Below are positions 1-11,219 of a stretch of DNA of 64,000 nucleotides, one piece after another. Both the position numbers and the translations under genes were made by a program. Origin of the DNA: Pseudomonadota bacterium (GTDB lineage: Bacteria > Pseudomonadota > Gammaproteobacteria > Steroidobacterales > Woeseiaceae); assembly GCA_038531945.1 (NCBI GenBank), contig JBCBBH010000001.1, positions 147,456 to 211,455 of the forward strand, given 5' to 3'. The notes beneath the pieces were generated by a model. The model did no database searches, was not told where the DNA came from, and was given only the letters and a program-made list of their open reading frames with translations. Numbering within the stretch: the first letter of the stretch is position 1; each line of letters starts with the position of its first letter.

Positions 1-411
1 ACCACCAACCGCGTACATCCGCCCATCCGGTCCGCGTTGGAAGCTGTACTGAATACCTCCCTTCGCATAGGGGCCGGCGACCGCCAGATGCGCCTGCTCG
101 TGTGCTCGCACTTCACGGTCGCGCGCTTGCAACTCCTCGACTTGTTCGCGCTCCTGGTCGGTCAGGCCATCGACACTTGATGCTTCGCTGGCTTGACGGT
201 CCTCACCAGGCGCAGCATCTGCGCTCGCCGCAGTGCTGGTCTCGGAAACCGGTGCGACGGCATCGCCCACGCGCACAGAATCGCTGACAGAGCCGTTTTC
301 ACCAAACAGCACCGCGGCGTCCTGGCGCAACAGCTCGGCAGGACTTCCTGCCTGGACCCTCTGCGCGCGAGCAGCGACATACACGACCGGATTGAACGAA
401 ATGCTGGTCAT
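1..411 (-). CDS. SprA-related family protein (3' end lies outside the window; start ATG at 411)
   Basis: Minus-strand translation from ATG 411 gives [17 protein letters not shown]...[39 protein letters not shown]. The EQAH...[14 protein letters not shown] motif is typical of the SprA-related family. The ORF runs off the window edge and is not in the ORF track. Confidence 0.4.
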   Translation of the reverse strand, partial: MTSISFNPVVYVAARAQRVQAGSPAELLRQDAAVLFGENGSVSDSVRVGDAVAPVSETSTAASADAAPGEDRQASEASSVDGLTDQEREQVEELQARDREVRAHEQAHLAVAGPYAKGGIQYSFQRGPDGRMYAVGG

Positions 412-469
412 CAAATCTCGGGAATATGTAATGTTCCGCAGAGGCTAGCGACAGGCTAGGACGTTCCCT

Positions 470-2176
470 TTAGTGTTTTTTCTCGCGCCGCAGCCCCAGT
501 TGATAGTCGTACAGCGACGGCACATCTTCGAGCTCAACATTCAACAACTCGATGTAGGGTGCCGGCCGGTAGTCAAGTTCGAATTCGCGGTTCCCGTGGA
601 GCCCCACAATACGCGCCATCGGCCCCTCATCGAGACCCTGAAGCGTTACCACCTCGTCTGGATGAGCACCACCCGTGATGCGAACGTTGAGATTCCAGGC
701 CGTATTGAACCCGCCATGACCGGGCTGCCAGTACGGCGCGCCGCTACCATCGAACACTGGTGCTACCGCCCCTGCTTCGGTTTGCATCGCTCGCATGTGC
801 AACGTGACGTCGTCATAGAGGTTCTGATGATTAGCTCCGGCGTGCTGATCGAGGGTGGGCGTCGTAAAGACCTCGGCGTGCTTGTAAACGCATTTCGTGG
901 ACTGCGTGTTAAACGTCAAGGAATGTAAGACCGGGTTTAACACTGCGAGATGCTCAGCGAGCACGTTGTGGACGTTGCCCATATGAACCGCATAGTGCGC
1001 TCTACGATTTCCATCGGACAGAATGTTGCGGAATGTCAGATTGGCACTGGCGTAACTCAGAATGCCGCTATCCGCATTCGTTATACGAACATTACGAACC
1101 CACGAATCAAATGCCGTCGTGAAGTAGATACCGTTGTAGCCGCGTTCCATATGGTGACCAAAGAACGGAGATTCGGGAAACTCTAGATGCAAACCTTCGA
1201 TTCCCACTTCTTCAAGCCCGTCCCAACCTGCAACCTGCGCCGGAATGGTTGCGTTCGCATCGTGCAACAGCGGGTCGGCCAGAGTAACGGTGCGACCGTC
1301 GACGGCCAGTACCCGTGACGTCTGCCGAACCAAGGGACGCTTGGGGAAACTCCAGTGATGCGATCCTGCGCGCTCATAGAAATCGCCATACAGGGACTTG
1401 ACGATTCCCGCATCCGGGCCGGTCGCGTTGATCCACTGCACCTGAACAATTGCTCCAACCGAAACGGCATCCGCTGTAGACAGAGTCACGGTCTGGCTAC
1501 CACGCGTACCGGTCTCGACATTCGCGAGTGCGCGGATCGGTGGGTCGTACTCCACAAGATAGGGCGCAGTTCGAACGCCGGGCTTCTGGATCCAGATGAA
1601 TCCCCCGCTCCACGAATACTCGGAAAAGAAGTCATTGAGGTTTTTGTCGGGCTCAACTTGCCGCTTGTCGAGTTTGCGAATGTAGGTCCTCAACTCATCC
1701 AGCGAATCACTTTGATCGACCTGATTGAGTGGCCGAGGGAAGTGAAGCGTGGTGCCGCCTGCCCCTGAACCGGCGCCCTGCAAGACGAGGTGTGACCTGT
1801 CGATCTTGAGGACGTCCGAGATCCGATAACGACCCGCTGAGAAGCGAACGATGACTGGTCCTGATATCTCCCTCGCTCGGTCGAGCGCTTTCAAAACGGC
1901 CTGGGTATCGTCCACCGAGTCGTCGGAGCGAGCCCCGAAGTCATCCACGTCGATAACCGTCCCGCGACTCTTCGGAAGCGACTCGAGACCATTTCGGTAA
2001 CCCGCATAGGAAAAGTCCGGCAGGAAATTGTCTTGCCTTATTGTCTTTACGGACAATAAGTCTGGAAGCGGTTGCGCCGCATCAACGGCCTGCCATGACG
2101 CCAATCCTGTAAAACCTGACACAATCGCAACAGGAACAAAAAACAGTTTGTTAATCAGGTGCTTATGTATTTTCAT
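470..2176 (-). CDS. secreted pectate-lyase-superfamily (right-handed beta-helix) protein
   Basis: N-terminal signal peptide. Motif IDVDDFGARSDDSVDDTQAVLKALDRA is typical of Pectate_lyase_3-like beta-helix proteins. Repeated NVRITN/ANLTFRN beta-helix rungs. Confidence 0.55.
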   Translation of the reverse strand: MKIHKHLINKLFFVPVAIVSGFTGLASWQAVDAAQPLPDLLSVKTIRQDNFLPDFSYAGYRNGLESLPKSRGTVIDVDDFGARSDDSVDDTQAVLKALDRAREISGPVIVRFSAGRYRISDVLKIDRSHLVLQGAGSGAGGTTLHFPRPLNQVDQSDSLDELRTYIRKLDKRQVEPDKNLNDFFSEYSWSGGFIWIQKPGVRTAPYLVEYDPPIRALANVETGTRGSQTVTLSTADAVSVGAIVQVQWINATGPDAGIVKSLYGDFYERAGSHHWSFPKRPLVRQTSRVLAVDGRTVTLADPLLHDANATIPAQVAGWDGLEEVGIEGLHLEFPESPFFGHHMERGYNGIYFTTAFDSWVRNVRITNADSGILSYASANLTFRNILSDGNRRAHYAVHMGNVHNVLAEHLAVLNPVLHSLTFNTQSTKCVYKHAEVFTTPTLDQHAGANHQNLYDDVTLHMRAMQTEAGAVAPVFDGSGAPYWQPGHGGFNTAWNLNVRITGGAHPDEVVTLQGLDEGPMARIVGLHGNREFELDYRPAPYIELLNVELEDVPSLYDYQLGLRREKKH

Positions 2177-2357
2177 TGGTGTGGGCGAGGATTCTCTTTA
2201 TGGGTATCAACGGTAACTCAGAGGTACGAGTTCGACAATGTCTGTCAGTGAAGTCGTTCCAGGGGTAACGAAATGACCTCTTTGACACCGGTGACATTTT
2301 CCGTATGCTTAATCGTGGGTGGGACAAGTCCAATCCGTTTTGGGTTAATTCAGGTAC

Positions 2358-5297
2358 TTGCCAGGGGGGCAAAAAGTGAAACATCCGCAACGCATCATTG
2401 CGTTCGCCGTATGTGCGGCGACGTTTAATCTATCGACTCCAGCTTTCGCGCAGGACAATGACGAAGGTGCTGAACCTATCGAAGAGTTCATTGTTCAGGG
2501 CATCCGCGGCTCACTCGCGGGCGCGGTAGATCAGAAACGCAACTCTGACACGCTCGTCGAGGTCATTATCGCTGAGGACATCGGCAAACTGCCTGATCAA
2601 AACCTCGCGGAAGTCCTTGAGAACATCACCGGAATTCAAATCACGCGAACCGCGGGCGTCGGTACTGGCGTGCAGATTCGCGGCACGAATGCGAACCGGG
2701 TTGAGTTCAACGGTGTGTCGACGGTCGGTTCCGGTGCTGGCCGGAGCGGCATCAACTTCGAAGACGTCAACCCCGCGATCATCTCGGCGGTAGAGGTCAC
2801 GAAGTCGCCCGACGCCAAAACGATTGAAGGTTCCGTCGGCGGAACGGTCAATTTGAGAACCGTTCGACCGTTGGCGCTGTCAGACACGTTGGGCGCCATT
2901 CGGGTCCAATACGAAGAAAGCAGCCTGACAACCGACGGCAGTCAACCCCGCGTCTCGGGCGCTTTCGGTGACAACTGGTCGACCGATGCCGGCGACTTCG
3001 GCTTCGTGATCAGTGGCAGCTACACAGAACAGGAAGCGGTGTCGTTCCGGCCACGAGCCGACCGCGACACGCGAGTACAGCCCGATGGTTTCCCGAACGA
3101 ATATCTTGGTATCCAGTTCCTGGTTCAGGAACAGGAAAATTTCGATTTCGAAACCACCAACCTCGCGACTACCTTCGAGTGGGCACCGAATGACAGCCTG
3201 AAGTTCAGCTTCGACGCCATCATCAACGAGCAGGAGCGCAGCCAGGACAGCTATCGCCTGCAAGCATCAGGCGTCAGCACGCTGCGCAACATCAGCATTC
3301 CGACCTCGTTCGAAACCGTCGACTTCGGCGTCGGACCAGGACTGTTTGATGCGGCACTGACTGGCTTCCTGGAGCCCGACCTTGCCAACGATGATGATGA
3401 CCCGAACCTGCGCTTCTCGAGCGACACAGGTTCACGAGTCACCGATAGCGCTGTGTTTGCACTGGCGGGTGAGTGGACCGGCGAACGCTGGAGCGCGCGC
3501 GCCGAAATCGCGTCGACCACGTCCGACACGGTGAACCCAAACCTCAGCACGACACTGAATTTCATCAACCCAAACTGTCCGCAAGACGGTACGAGTAATG
3601 ACAACTGTGTACCGTTTGCCTATGACTTGTCGGGTGGTTCATTGGCGTGGGGCATCAACTTCGACTCACCTTTCGCGCCGTCAGTTGCAGATCTCACCAA
3701 TCCGGCCAACGTCGTTCTCGACCAGGTCATTGTCGGACGCAACACGACGGAGAACGAAGAAAACGCTTTCCGTGTAGATTTCGGTTATGAACTCGGTAAC
3801 GACTTCATCGCATCAATCGATTTCGGTCTTCGATACAACCAGTCATCGAGCACGTTCAATGATGTGGAAGACCGAATTGGTGGCTTTAGTCAGCTGGTGG
3901 ATAGCCCGAACGGATTGTTGTTTGAAGAACTTCTGGTCAACGGCCCGAGCAACTACGGCGATGCGGATGGTCGCTCGTTGTTCATTGCGAACTTCCTGCT
4001 GGTCGATCCGAACCGAGCGTTTTCGGATCCGAATGGTGTAATCGACATTCTGCAGAATGCGGTCATCGAGCATGACGCAACACCCGACATTCTGGCACTC
4101 GCTTCAGATCAGGATCAGTTCTATAACGTGGACGAAGACACCACCGCGTTGTACGCCCAGGCAAACTTCGAATACGGCATCTTCCGCGGTAACTTCGGCT
4201 TCCGCTACGTCGATACATCGATCGACTCCACCGCGTTCGGTTTTGCGGATGCGAATGGGGACAGAAGCCTCGTCACAGTCTCTTCGAGCTATGACTTCTT
4301 TCTGCCGCGCATCAACGTCGTTGCGGACATTCGCGATGACATGATCATTCGCTTTGGTGCTGGCCGCGATATTCGCCGCCCGAACTTCAGCGACATCAAC
4401 ACTTCATTCGAATTGGATGATCAGGAAAACTCAGTCATTCGCCAGGGCAACCCGAACCTCCAGCCCGAAGAGGTCAATTCTTACGATCTCGCATTCGAGT
4501 GGTATTTCGCTGAATCGTCAATCGCGAGCGCTGGCATCTTCTACAAACAGCGCACCAATATCTTCGGTGATCTGTTTGATGGTGCCTTGTTGTTTGAGGA
4601 TCCGAGCACAACCAGCGGCCTGGCTCGCGAAACCGATCCAAGCTGCCCTGGCGGCGGTATCTTCAACCCGAACGTCATTCCTAACGTGCTGGGTGACGAT
4701 ATGACGATGGGGCTCTGCGTCGACTTTGAAACGCCAATCAACGATGCAGACACCACCGAGCAGTTTGGTCTGGAATTAGCATTCCAATACAGCCTTGCCG
4801 ACTTCGAGGATCGTCTGGGTTGGGCTTCAGGCTTTGGCGTCATCGCTAACTACACGTGGCAAGAGTTCAACGGTGGCGCTGTCATCGACGAAACCTCTGG
4901 TCGGGGCGCGCAGGTTCTGGGTGAAGGCGTACGGATCCCGCGTGGCCTGCTCGACTTCTCCGAGAACGCCTACAACTTCACGTTGTTCTACGAGAAATAC
5001 GGATTGTCAGCTCGCATGCGCTACACCTGGCGTGAAGGGTTCCGCACGCAGGACTTCGGTGGCGGTGCCAACACCAGCGGCAGTAGTACGTTCAGCTTCC
5101 CGGTCAACACGCTTGATCGAGGTCAGCTAAATGCCAGCATCAACTACGCGATTACTGACAACTTCCTGGTCGAACTTCAAGCGGTCAACATCACCGAAGA
5201 ACGCATCGATCAACGTTGTGTCAGCGAAAGCGGTCCGTTGTGCTTCGTCGGCCTGCCCGATCGCCGAGTTGCACTAGGCGCCAGTTACCGGTTCTGA
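2358..5297 (+). CDS. TonB-dependent outer-membrane receptor
   Basis: Signal peptide and plug domain (DTLVEVIIAEDIGKLPDQNLAEVLENITGIQITR). 979 aa with a C-terminal ...ASYRF aromatic terminus. Confidence 0.9.
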   Translation: MPGGQKVKHPQRIIAFAVCAATFNLSTPAFAQDNDEGAEPIEEFIVQGIRGSLAGAVDQKRNSDTLVEVIIAEDIGKLPDQNLAEVLENITGIQITRTAGVGTGVQIRGTNANRVEFNGVSTVGSGAGRSGINFEDVNPAIISAVEVTKSPDAKTIEGSVGGTVNLRTVRPLALSDTLGAIRVQYEESSLTTDGSQPRVSGAFGDNWSTDAGDFGFVISGSYTEQEAVSFRPRADRDTRVQPDGFPNEYLGIQFLVQEQENFDFETTNLATTFEWAPNDSLKFSFDAIINEQERSQDSYRLQASGVSTLRNISIPTSFETVDFGVGPGLFDAALTGFLEPDLANDDDDPNLRFSSDTGSRVTDSAVFALAGEWTGERWSARAEIASTTSDTVNPNLSTTLNFINPNCPQDGTSNDNCVPFAYDLSGGSLAWGINFDSPFAPSVADLTNPANVVLDQVIVGRNTTENEENAFRVDFGYELGNDFIASIDFGLRYNQSSSTFNDVEDRIGGFSQLVDSPNGLLFEELLVNGPSNYGDADGRSLFIANFLLVDPNRAFSDPNGVIDILQNAVIEHDATPDILALASDQDQFYNVDEDTTALYAQANFEYGIFRGNFGFRYVDTSIDSTAFGFADANGDRSLVTVSSSYDFFLPRINVVADIRDDMIIRFGAGRDIRRPNFSDINTSFELDDQENSVIRQGNPNLQPEEVNSYDLAFEWYFAESSIASAGIFYKQRTNIFGDLFDGALLFEDPSTTSGLARETDPSCPGGGIFNPNVIPNVLGDDMTMGLCVDFETPINDADTTEQFGLELAFQYSLADFEDRLGWASGFGVIANYTWQEFNGGAVIDETSGRGAQVLGEGVRIPRGLLDFSENAYNFTLFYEKYGLSARMRYTWREGFRTQDFGGGANTSGSSTFSFPVNTLDRGQLNASINYAITDNFLVELQAVNITEERIDQRCVSESGPLCFVGLPDRRVALGASYRF

Positions 5298-5338
5298 TCA
5301 ATACACCCCCATCAATGATGGGAGCCGGACAAGGGAAA

Positions 5339-5366
5339 GCCCCGGCCTACACGCCGGGGCTTTTTT
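5339..5366 (+). terminator. rho-independent terminator downstream of the TonB receptor gene
   Basis: GCCCCGGC...GCCGGGGC hairpin followed by TTTTTT. Confidence 0.6.
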
Positions 5367-5669
5367 CTCTCGGATTGAACATGGTTCGCACCGCCGAGTG
5401 CCGGAACAATCTGCGACACCAGCAGTGCTTCCAGAAAGTAGAGCGAAGAAACTTAGATACAGAGTATTCAACCGATAAACATCAAGCCGAAACGTTTGCC
5501 GACGCATGGGGTGACGCGGCTGCAAACTAGCGACGAGTTTCGGAACAGCGTACCATTGACACCGGTGGCAATAGTCAGATGCGAACAACAAGAAAAGACA
5601 ATTCGTACGCATCGATCTCGACATCCGACGCGTTCCAGTTCGGTTGATTCTTGGGGAAGGATTACCTGA

Positions 5670-6533
5670 ATGCCTAGTCTAGAAAACGCAACCAACGTTG
5701 GTCAGCCGCTACCGACTTCGATGGATGACATTTCCAAACGGCTGGTGGCAGCGCGTCGATCCGGGCGCGCGTTACCGGACTTTCCGGGCGAACTACCGAG
5801 CTCCTTGAGCGAAGCGTATGCCGTTCAATCTGCGTCGATTTCGCGTTGGTCGGACGAGGTCGCCGGTTGGAAAGTAGGCGGTGTGCCGCCAGAGTTGCGT
5901 AGTACGCTCGGCGCGCCGCGTCTGGCCGGACCGATCTACCGATCGTCCGTTTTCGACGTTGCGACCAATGAAGAAAAGACGATGCGAATTTTCGATGGAG
6001 GATTCGCAGCCGTGGAAGCGGAATTCGTCATTGAACTTGCCGAAACGATCAAACCGGTTCAGCGAGATTACGCTGACACGACACTCATCGACGTTGTGGC
6101 AGCCATGCACATTGGCGCAGAGATCGCGAGCAGCCCGATGGCTGACATCAACCGCATCGGTCCCATCTGCGTGGTCTGTGATTTCGGCAACAATAACGGC
6201 CTGCTCGTAGGACCGAGCATTCCAGACTGGCACACCCGACCCGCCTCAGAGTTGACCGCACGCGTCTTTGTCGATGATGCACAGGTTGGACAGGCGACCG
6301 CTGAAACCGTCGAAGGGGGACTTTTGCAATCGCTCCGGTTCCTGATCGAGTTGTCCGCACAACGCGGCGTAACCTTGCATGCGGGAAGCTACGTCTCCTG
6401 CGGGGCGTTGACCGGAATTCACGATGTGACCACAGCATCCAAAGCGCATGTGGATTTCGGCGCTTTCGGCGCCTTCGACGTGCGGTTTGAGGCGGTAGGA
6501 GCTGATGCGCACGTAGACTCGGTGATCGGCTAG
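5670..6533 (+). CDS. FAH-family hydratase/decarboxylase (2-keto-4-pentenoate hydratase-like)
   Basis: GWKVGG motif and overall similarity to the MhpD/HpaH hydratase family. RBS GGAAGGA upstream. Confidence 0.5.
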   Translation: MPSLENATNVGQPLPTSMDDISKRLVAARRSGRALPDFPGELPSSLSEAYAVQSASISRWSDEVAGWKVGGVPPELRSTLGAPRLAGPIYRSSVFDVATNEEKTMRIFDGGFAAVEAEFVIELAETIKPVQRDYADTTLIDVVAAMHIGAEIASSPMADINRIGPICVVCDFGNNNGLLVGPSIPDWHTRPASELTARVFVDDAQVGQATAETVEGGLLQSLRFLIELSAQRGVTLHAGSYVSCGALTGIHDVTTASKAHVDFGAFGAFDVRFEAVGADAHVDSVIG

Positions 6534-6544
6534 CGGCATCAGAA

Positions 6545-7639
6545 ATGGCACGCACCAGCCGGAAATCTCAGATCGATTTTGCTGCCGCCGCGCGACGCTG
6601 GGCGGAGACCAATAAAGACGGCCGCAAACCGACGATCAAAGACGTCGCCGAACTTGCGCAAGTGTCGAAAAAGACGGTGTCACGAGTCATCAACAACTCG
6701 CCACTGGTCAACGAAGCGACCCGCAAGGGTATTCAGGCACTGATACAGGACATCGGATACCGACCAGACCCACAAGCGAGAGGTTTGGCTTCGCGCCGCT
6801 CCTATTTGGTCGGCATGATCTCTGACAACCCAACGCCTCAGTATGTCGTCAATATCCAACTCGGGATTCTCGACGTCTTGCGGCAAACCGGCTATGAACT
6901 GGTCGTGCATCCTTGCGACCGCAAAAGCGATACGTTCATTGAAGACGCACGTCGCTTTATCGAGGTCCAGAAACTGTACGGCGTCATCCTGACGCCATCC
7001 GTGTCAGAGGATGAACGTCTCGCCGAAGTACTGCGTGAACTGGGATGCGCGTACATTCGAATTGCTTCGATAGCGATGGACATGGAAAAGCGTATGATCG
7101 TCACCAACGACCGAGTTGGCGGACGAGAAGCTGCCAGACACCTCGCGAAACTGGGCCACAAACGTATTGCAATAGTGGCTGGTCGACGCAGCTTCCGCTC
7201 GTCGCACGAGCGGCGAGCAGGATTTGAGGAAGGTCTTGCAGAGTTCGATATCGCTCTTCCGGATGAGTACGTACTGCAAGGTGACTACACATTCGAGTCG
7301 GGCTTCGCATTGGGTTCGCAGATTTTGGATCTCGACCCTGCTCCAACGGCGGTTTTCGCATCGAACGACGAAATGGCAGCCGGCGTATTGCAGGCAATGC
7401 ACGTCGCAGGCCAAACGCCACCCGACGCTTTGTCGATTGTCGGTTTTGACGATTTCGAAACCGCAACCCGTGTCTGGCCCCGACTGACAACGGCGCGCAC
7501 GCCGGCACGCAAGATCGGGCGGCTTGCAGCGGAGCGGCTGTTCGAATTCAACAATGATAGCGATGGGGTCAGCGGACCGAATCAAACCACACCGCGATTG
7601 ATTGAACGAGACTCCACTCGACGAGCACCAGGAAACTGA
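6545..7639 (+). CDS. LacI-family transcriptional regulator
   Basis: HTH TIKDVAELAQVSKKTVSRVINN followed by a periplasmic-binding-like core. It has an unusual 26-aa N-terminal extension. Confidence 0.85.
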   Translation: MARTSRKSQIDFAAAARRWAETNKDGRKPTIKDVAELAQVSKKTVSRVINNSPLVNEATRKGIQALIQDIGYRPDPQARGLASRRSYLVGMISDNPTPQYVVNIQLGILDVLRQTGYELVVHPCDRKSDTFIEDARRFIEVQKLYGVILTPSVSEDERLAEVLRELGCAYIRIASIAMDMEKRMIVTNDRVGGREAARHLAKLGHKRIAIVAGRRSFRSSHERRAGFEEGLAEFDIALPDEYVLQGDYTFESGFALGSQILDLDPAPTAVFASNDEMAAGVLQAMHVAGQTPPDALSIVGFDDFETATRVWPRLTTARTPARKIGRLAAERLFEFNNDSDGVSGPNQTTPRLIERDSTRRAPGN

Positions 7640-7682
7640 CCGGTCCGGACCACCAGCCACCAATACGGGATAGCGCAGACGG

Positions 7683-8444
7683 ATGAACAACACGATCTTC
7701 AACCTTGATGACAGAGTCGCAATCGTTACCGGTGCCAACACCGGTCTCGGACAAGCCATCGCCGTGGCGCTTGCTGGCGCAGGCGCTGCTGTTGCATTGG
7801 TCGGACGTTCCGCGCCGACCAAAACGGAGAAAATGATCAGCGAACGCGGCGGCAAATCCGCTGTGGTCATGGCCGACCTCAGTACTGCGGAGGTGACACA
7901 ACAAGTCATCCATAAATGTGAACAGGCGTTGGGACCTGTCGATATTCTGGTGAATAACGCCGGAATTATTCGTCGGAACGATGCGCTTGAATTCAGTGTG
8001 TCCGACTGGGATGACGTCATGGCGACCAACCTCAAGGTGCCGTTTTTTCTGGCGCAGGCTGCTGCACAGTCGATGATCAAGGGTCAGCGTGGCGGCAAGA
8101 TCATCAACATTGCATCGCTACTGTCGTTGCAAGGTGGGATTCGCGTCGCGTCGTACACATCGAGCAAGAGCGGGCTTGCCGGTCTGACTCGCTTACTGGC
8201 CAACGAGTGGGCCGCATCGAACATTAACGTCAACGCGATCGTTCCCGGCTATTTTGCAACCAACAACACGCAGGCATTGAGGGAGGATCAGACTCGCAAT
8301 CGACAAATTCTCGAACGGATTCCAGCGGGTCGTTGGGGAGATCCATCCGATCTCGGAGGCGCCGCAGTGTTTCTTGCATCTGCCGCATCCGACTATATTC
8401 ATGGAACGCTGTTGCCCGTCGACGGCGGGTGGCTCGGCAGATGA
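7683..8444 (+). CDS. SDR oxidoreductase, KduD-like (candidate uronate/DEH reductase)
   Basis: VAIVTGANTGLGQAIA Rossmann motif. The N-terminus resembles KduD (2-dehydro-3-deoxy-D-gluconate 5-dehydrogenase). Confidence 0.75.
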   Translation: MNNTIFNLDDRVAIVTGANTGLGQAIAVALAGAGAAVALVGRSAPTKTEKMISERGGKSAVVMADLSTAEVTQQVIHKCEQALGPVDILVNNAGIIRRNDALEFSVSDWDDVMATNLKVPFFLAQAAAQSMIKGQRGGKIINIASLLSLQGGIRVASYTSSKSGLAGLTRLLANEWAASNINVNAIVPGYFATNNTQALREDQTRNRQILERIPAGRWGDPSDLGGAAVFLASAASDYIHGTLLPVDGGWLGR

Positions 8445-9439
8445 TCAACCGACGCACCTTCCTGCTGGCGCCGTTGCTACTGTCGGCCTGTGGCCGACGC
8501 AAGGGTGCACGGCCGTTGTTCGCCGCAGATTCACAGCCTCTGGGTTATCCCACCACGGAGGGGCTACGCGCGATCGACCAGCTGTTGAATGAACGTACCA
8601 ACGGCGAAATGCGAGTTCGTGTGTATCCAGGCGGACAAATGGGGGCCGAAAAAGATACGCTCGAAATCGCCGTGTTCGGCGGACTTGATCTCACGCGCGT
8701 CAATCTGGCTCCTGTTAATTCGATCGTCCCTGAGACCATCGTCTTGGCGTTGCCGTTTCTGTTTCGATCGATCACACATTCAAGAGCCACGTTCGATGGA
8801 CCCATCGGGCGACGCATTCTCGATGCAATGTCGCCGTATGGTTTGCGCGGCATGTGCTACTACGATTCCGGCGCACGCTGCTTTTACAACACGAAACGGC
8901 CGATCGTCACTCCAGACGACATGGCGGGTATGAAAATTCGCGTACCCAAATCCGATATCTACGTGGCAATGATCCAGGCGCTTGGCGCGAATGCGACGCC
9001 CATACCTTATGGTGAGGTCTATCAATCGCTGGTACAGGGCGTGGTGGACGGCGCGGAGAATAACTACCCGTCCTACGAAAGCTCCAGACACTTTGAGACA
9101 GCGCAGAATCTCAGCCTGACACGTCATGTCATGGCTCCGGAACTCGTCGTCGCGTCAGGTCGAAGCTGGGATCGTATGAGTCAGGAAGAGCAAGAACTCT
9201 TGCAAGCCGCCGCGACAGACTCAGTGCCGATCATGCGAGCGATGTGGGACGAACGCGTTGCCGTATCGAAACAGCGAGTCAAGGAAGCTGGCGTTGCGGT
9301 AGTTGAAAATGTCGAGCATGCGGCGTTTGTCGATCGCATGCTGCCGGTCTGGGATCGCTTCGTCACGACCCCCCAAATGCAGAAAACGGTTGATGACATT
9401 ATTCGTGTCGGCGCCGGCCTCGAGGACATCGATGAGTAA
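8441..9439 (+). CDS. dctP: TRAP transporter substrate-binding protein (DctP family), lipoprotein
   Basis: Start re-set to ATG 8441, which overlaps the upstream stop (ATGA). Lipobox LLLSAC. DctP-like fold motifs. Confidence 0.8.
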   Translation: MINRRTFLLAPLLLSACGRRKGARPLFAADSQPLGYPTTEGLRAIDQLLNERTNGEMRVRVYPGGQMGAEKDTLEIAVFGGLDLTRVNLAPVNSIVPETIVLALPFLFRSITHSRATFDGPIGRRILDAMSPYGLRGMCYYDSGARCFYNTKRPIVTPDDMAGMKIRVPKSDIYVAMIQALGANATPIPYGEVYQSLVQGVVDGAENNYPSYESSRHFETAQNLSLTRHVMAPELVVASGRSWDRMSQEEQELLQAAATDSVPIMRAMWDERVAVSKQRVKEAGVAVVENVEHAAFVDRMLPVWDRFVTTPQMQKTVDDIIRVGAGLEDIDE

Positions 9440-9929
9440 TCGACTGAGCAATGCAAGCGCGAGCGTCAGTAATCTTGCGAAGTGGATATCGGGCCTCGGA
9501 CTGCTCGTAATGACCGCCATCATCGGAATGCAGGTGTTTGCACGCTACGTCCTGAACGACAGTCCCGCCTGGGCGGAACAGGCAGCACTACTTCTGATGA
9601 TCTGGTATGTGTTCATCGCTGCCGCGGCCGGCATTCGCGAAGGGTTTCATATCCGAATCGCCGTCTTCGCTGACAACCTTCCCAAGCAACTACGACGAGC
9701 TGTGCGAATCATCGCCCAGTTGGTGGTGATTGTTTTTGGTATCGCAATGGTCGTGTATGGCATCGAACTGACGCAGGAAACCTGGCGTCATGTCATACCC
9801 ACGCTCGGTATCTCGCGGGGTTTTGCGTATATACCCATCGCGGTGTCCGGCGTCATGATCACAGGCTTCGCCATTGAACAACTAGTCGCGGAGATCCGTG
9901 CGAAAGAGGTCACGCCGCAATGGAACTAG
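9432..9929 (+). CDS. dctQ: TRAP transporter small permease (DctQ family)
   Basis: Start re-set to ATG 9432 (MSNRLSN...). Four TM helices. Lies between dctP and dctM. Confidence 0.7.
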   Translation: MSNRLSNASASVSNLAKWISGLGLLVMTAIIGMQVFARYVLNDSPAWAEQAALLLMIWYVFIAAAAGIREGFHIRIAVFADNLPKQLRRAVRIIAQLVVIVFGIAMVVYGIELTQETWRHVIPTLGISRGFAYIPIAVSGVMITGFAIEQLVAEIRAKEVTPQWN

Positions 9930-11200
9930 CAATACTGATTGGCGTGTTACTCGCGCTGTTGGTAATCGGCGTCCCGGTCGCCTTCGCTCTCGGCGCCGCG
10001 TCTTTGGTGACTTTCTACGTGCTCGACATTCCGTTGATCGTCGGATTCCAGCGAATGGCCGCCAGCATGAACATCTTTGCATTAATGGCGATTCCATTCT
10101 TCGTCTTCGCCGGCGACTTGATGCACAGAGCCGGGATCGCGGAGCGCCTAATCCGCGTTGCTGATGCCGCACTCGGACGCACCCGTGGCGGACTCGGTCA
10201 AGTCGACGTCGGCGCATCAATGCTGTTCGGCGCCGTCTCGGGGTCCGCTATCGCGAGTGTCTCCGCCATTGGGTCCACCCTCGGGCCCATGATGCGCGAA
10301 AAAGGTTACGACTCGGACTACGTTGTGAACGTTTCGGCGACGTCCGCTATCACCGGATTGTTGATTCCGCCGTCGCACAACATGATCATCTACGCAGCGG
10401 CTGCTGGCGTCAGTATCTCACTGGCCGACCTGTTTCTCGCGGGGGTTATTCCAGGCGTTTTGACCGGATTGTTGCTCATGGTTGCCGCGTACTTTGTCGC
10501 GGTCAAACGTAACTATCCGCGCGGTGCATTCCCCGGATGGCGTGCGTTTGTCGCCGCATTTGCCGCTGCCATCCCCGGGTTACTTGCGGCGGCGATTATT
10601 GTTGTCGGCGTTTTATCGGGGGTCTTCACACCCACCGAATCCGCGGGTATCGCCGTGGTTTACACGATTCTCGTGGCTTTGTTCGTTTATCGCTCACTCA
10701 CTTGGGAGCGGTTTGTTGCAGCAACAACGGCCTCCGTCAGAACGACGGCGATGGTCATGATCGTGATCGGCGCAGCGGGCGCTTTTGGTTGGTTGCTCGC
10801 GCTGCTCCAGGCTCCCACTCAACTCGCGGATCTGTTGAAAGGAATTACCGAGAATCCGTTGCTGCTATTGCTCCTGATCAATCTCGTCTTGCTGCTGCTC
10901 GGCACGTTTATGGACATGGCGCCGCTGATCATCATCACCACACCAATCTTTCTACCCATGGCAACAGAGCTCGGCATGGACCCGGTTCAGTTCGGCATCA
11001 TGTTGCTCCTGAATCTGGGTATTGGACTCGTCACACCGCCAGTGGGCGCCGTGCTTTTTGTCGGTTGTGCGATCGGGAAGATTCCGATCGAGCAGACGGT
11101 GAAAACAATCTGGCCGTTCTATGGTGCACTCATCGTGGCTTTGATCGCTGTGATTTACCTGCCGGCGCTATCGCTATGGTTACCAGGTTTGCTCGGCTAG
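9920..11200 (+). CDS. dctM: TRAP transporter large permease (DctM family)
   Basis: 426-aa polytopic membrane protein of DctM-type. Its start overlaps the dctQ stop. Confidence 0.85.
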   Translation: MELAILIGVLLALLVIGVPVAFALGAASLVTFYVLDIPLIVGFQRMAASMNIFALMAIPFFVFAGDLMHRAGIAERLIRVADAALGRTRGGLGQVDVGASMLFGAVSGSAIASVSAIGSTLGPMMREKGYDSDYVVNVSATSAITGLLIPPSHNMIIYAAAAGVSISLADLFLAGVIPGVLTGLLLMVAAYFVAVKRNYPRGAFPGWRAFVAAFAAAIPGLLAAAIIVVGVLSGVFTPTESAGIAVVYTILVALFVYRSLTWERFVAATTASVRTTAMVMIVIGAAGAFGWLLALLQAPTQLADLLKGITENPLLLLLLINLVLLLLGTFMDMAPLIIITTPIFLPMATELGMDPVQFGIMLLLNLGIGLVTPPVGAVLFVGCAIGKIPIEQTVKTIWPFYGALIVALIAVIYLPALSLWLPGLLG

Positions 11201-11219
11201 GCTGACGCCCAGCCGATCA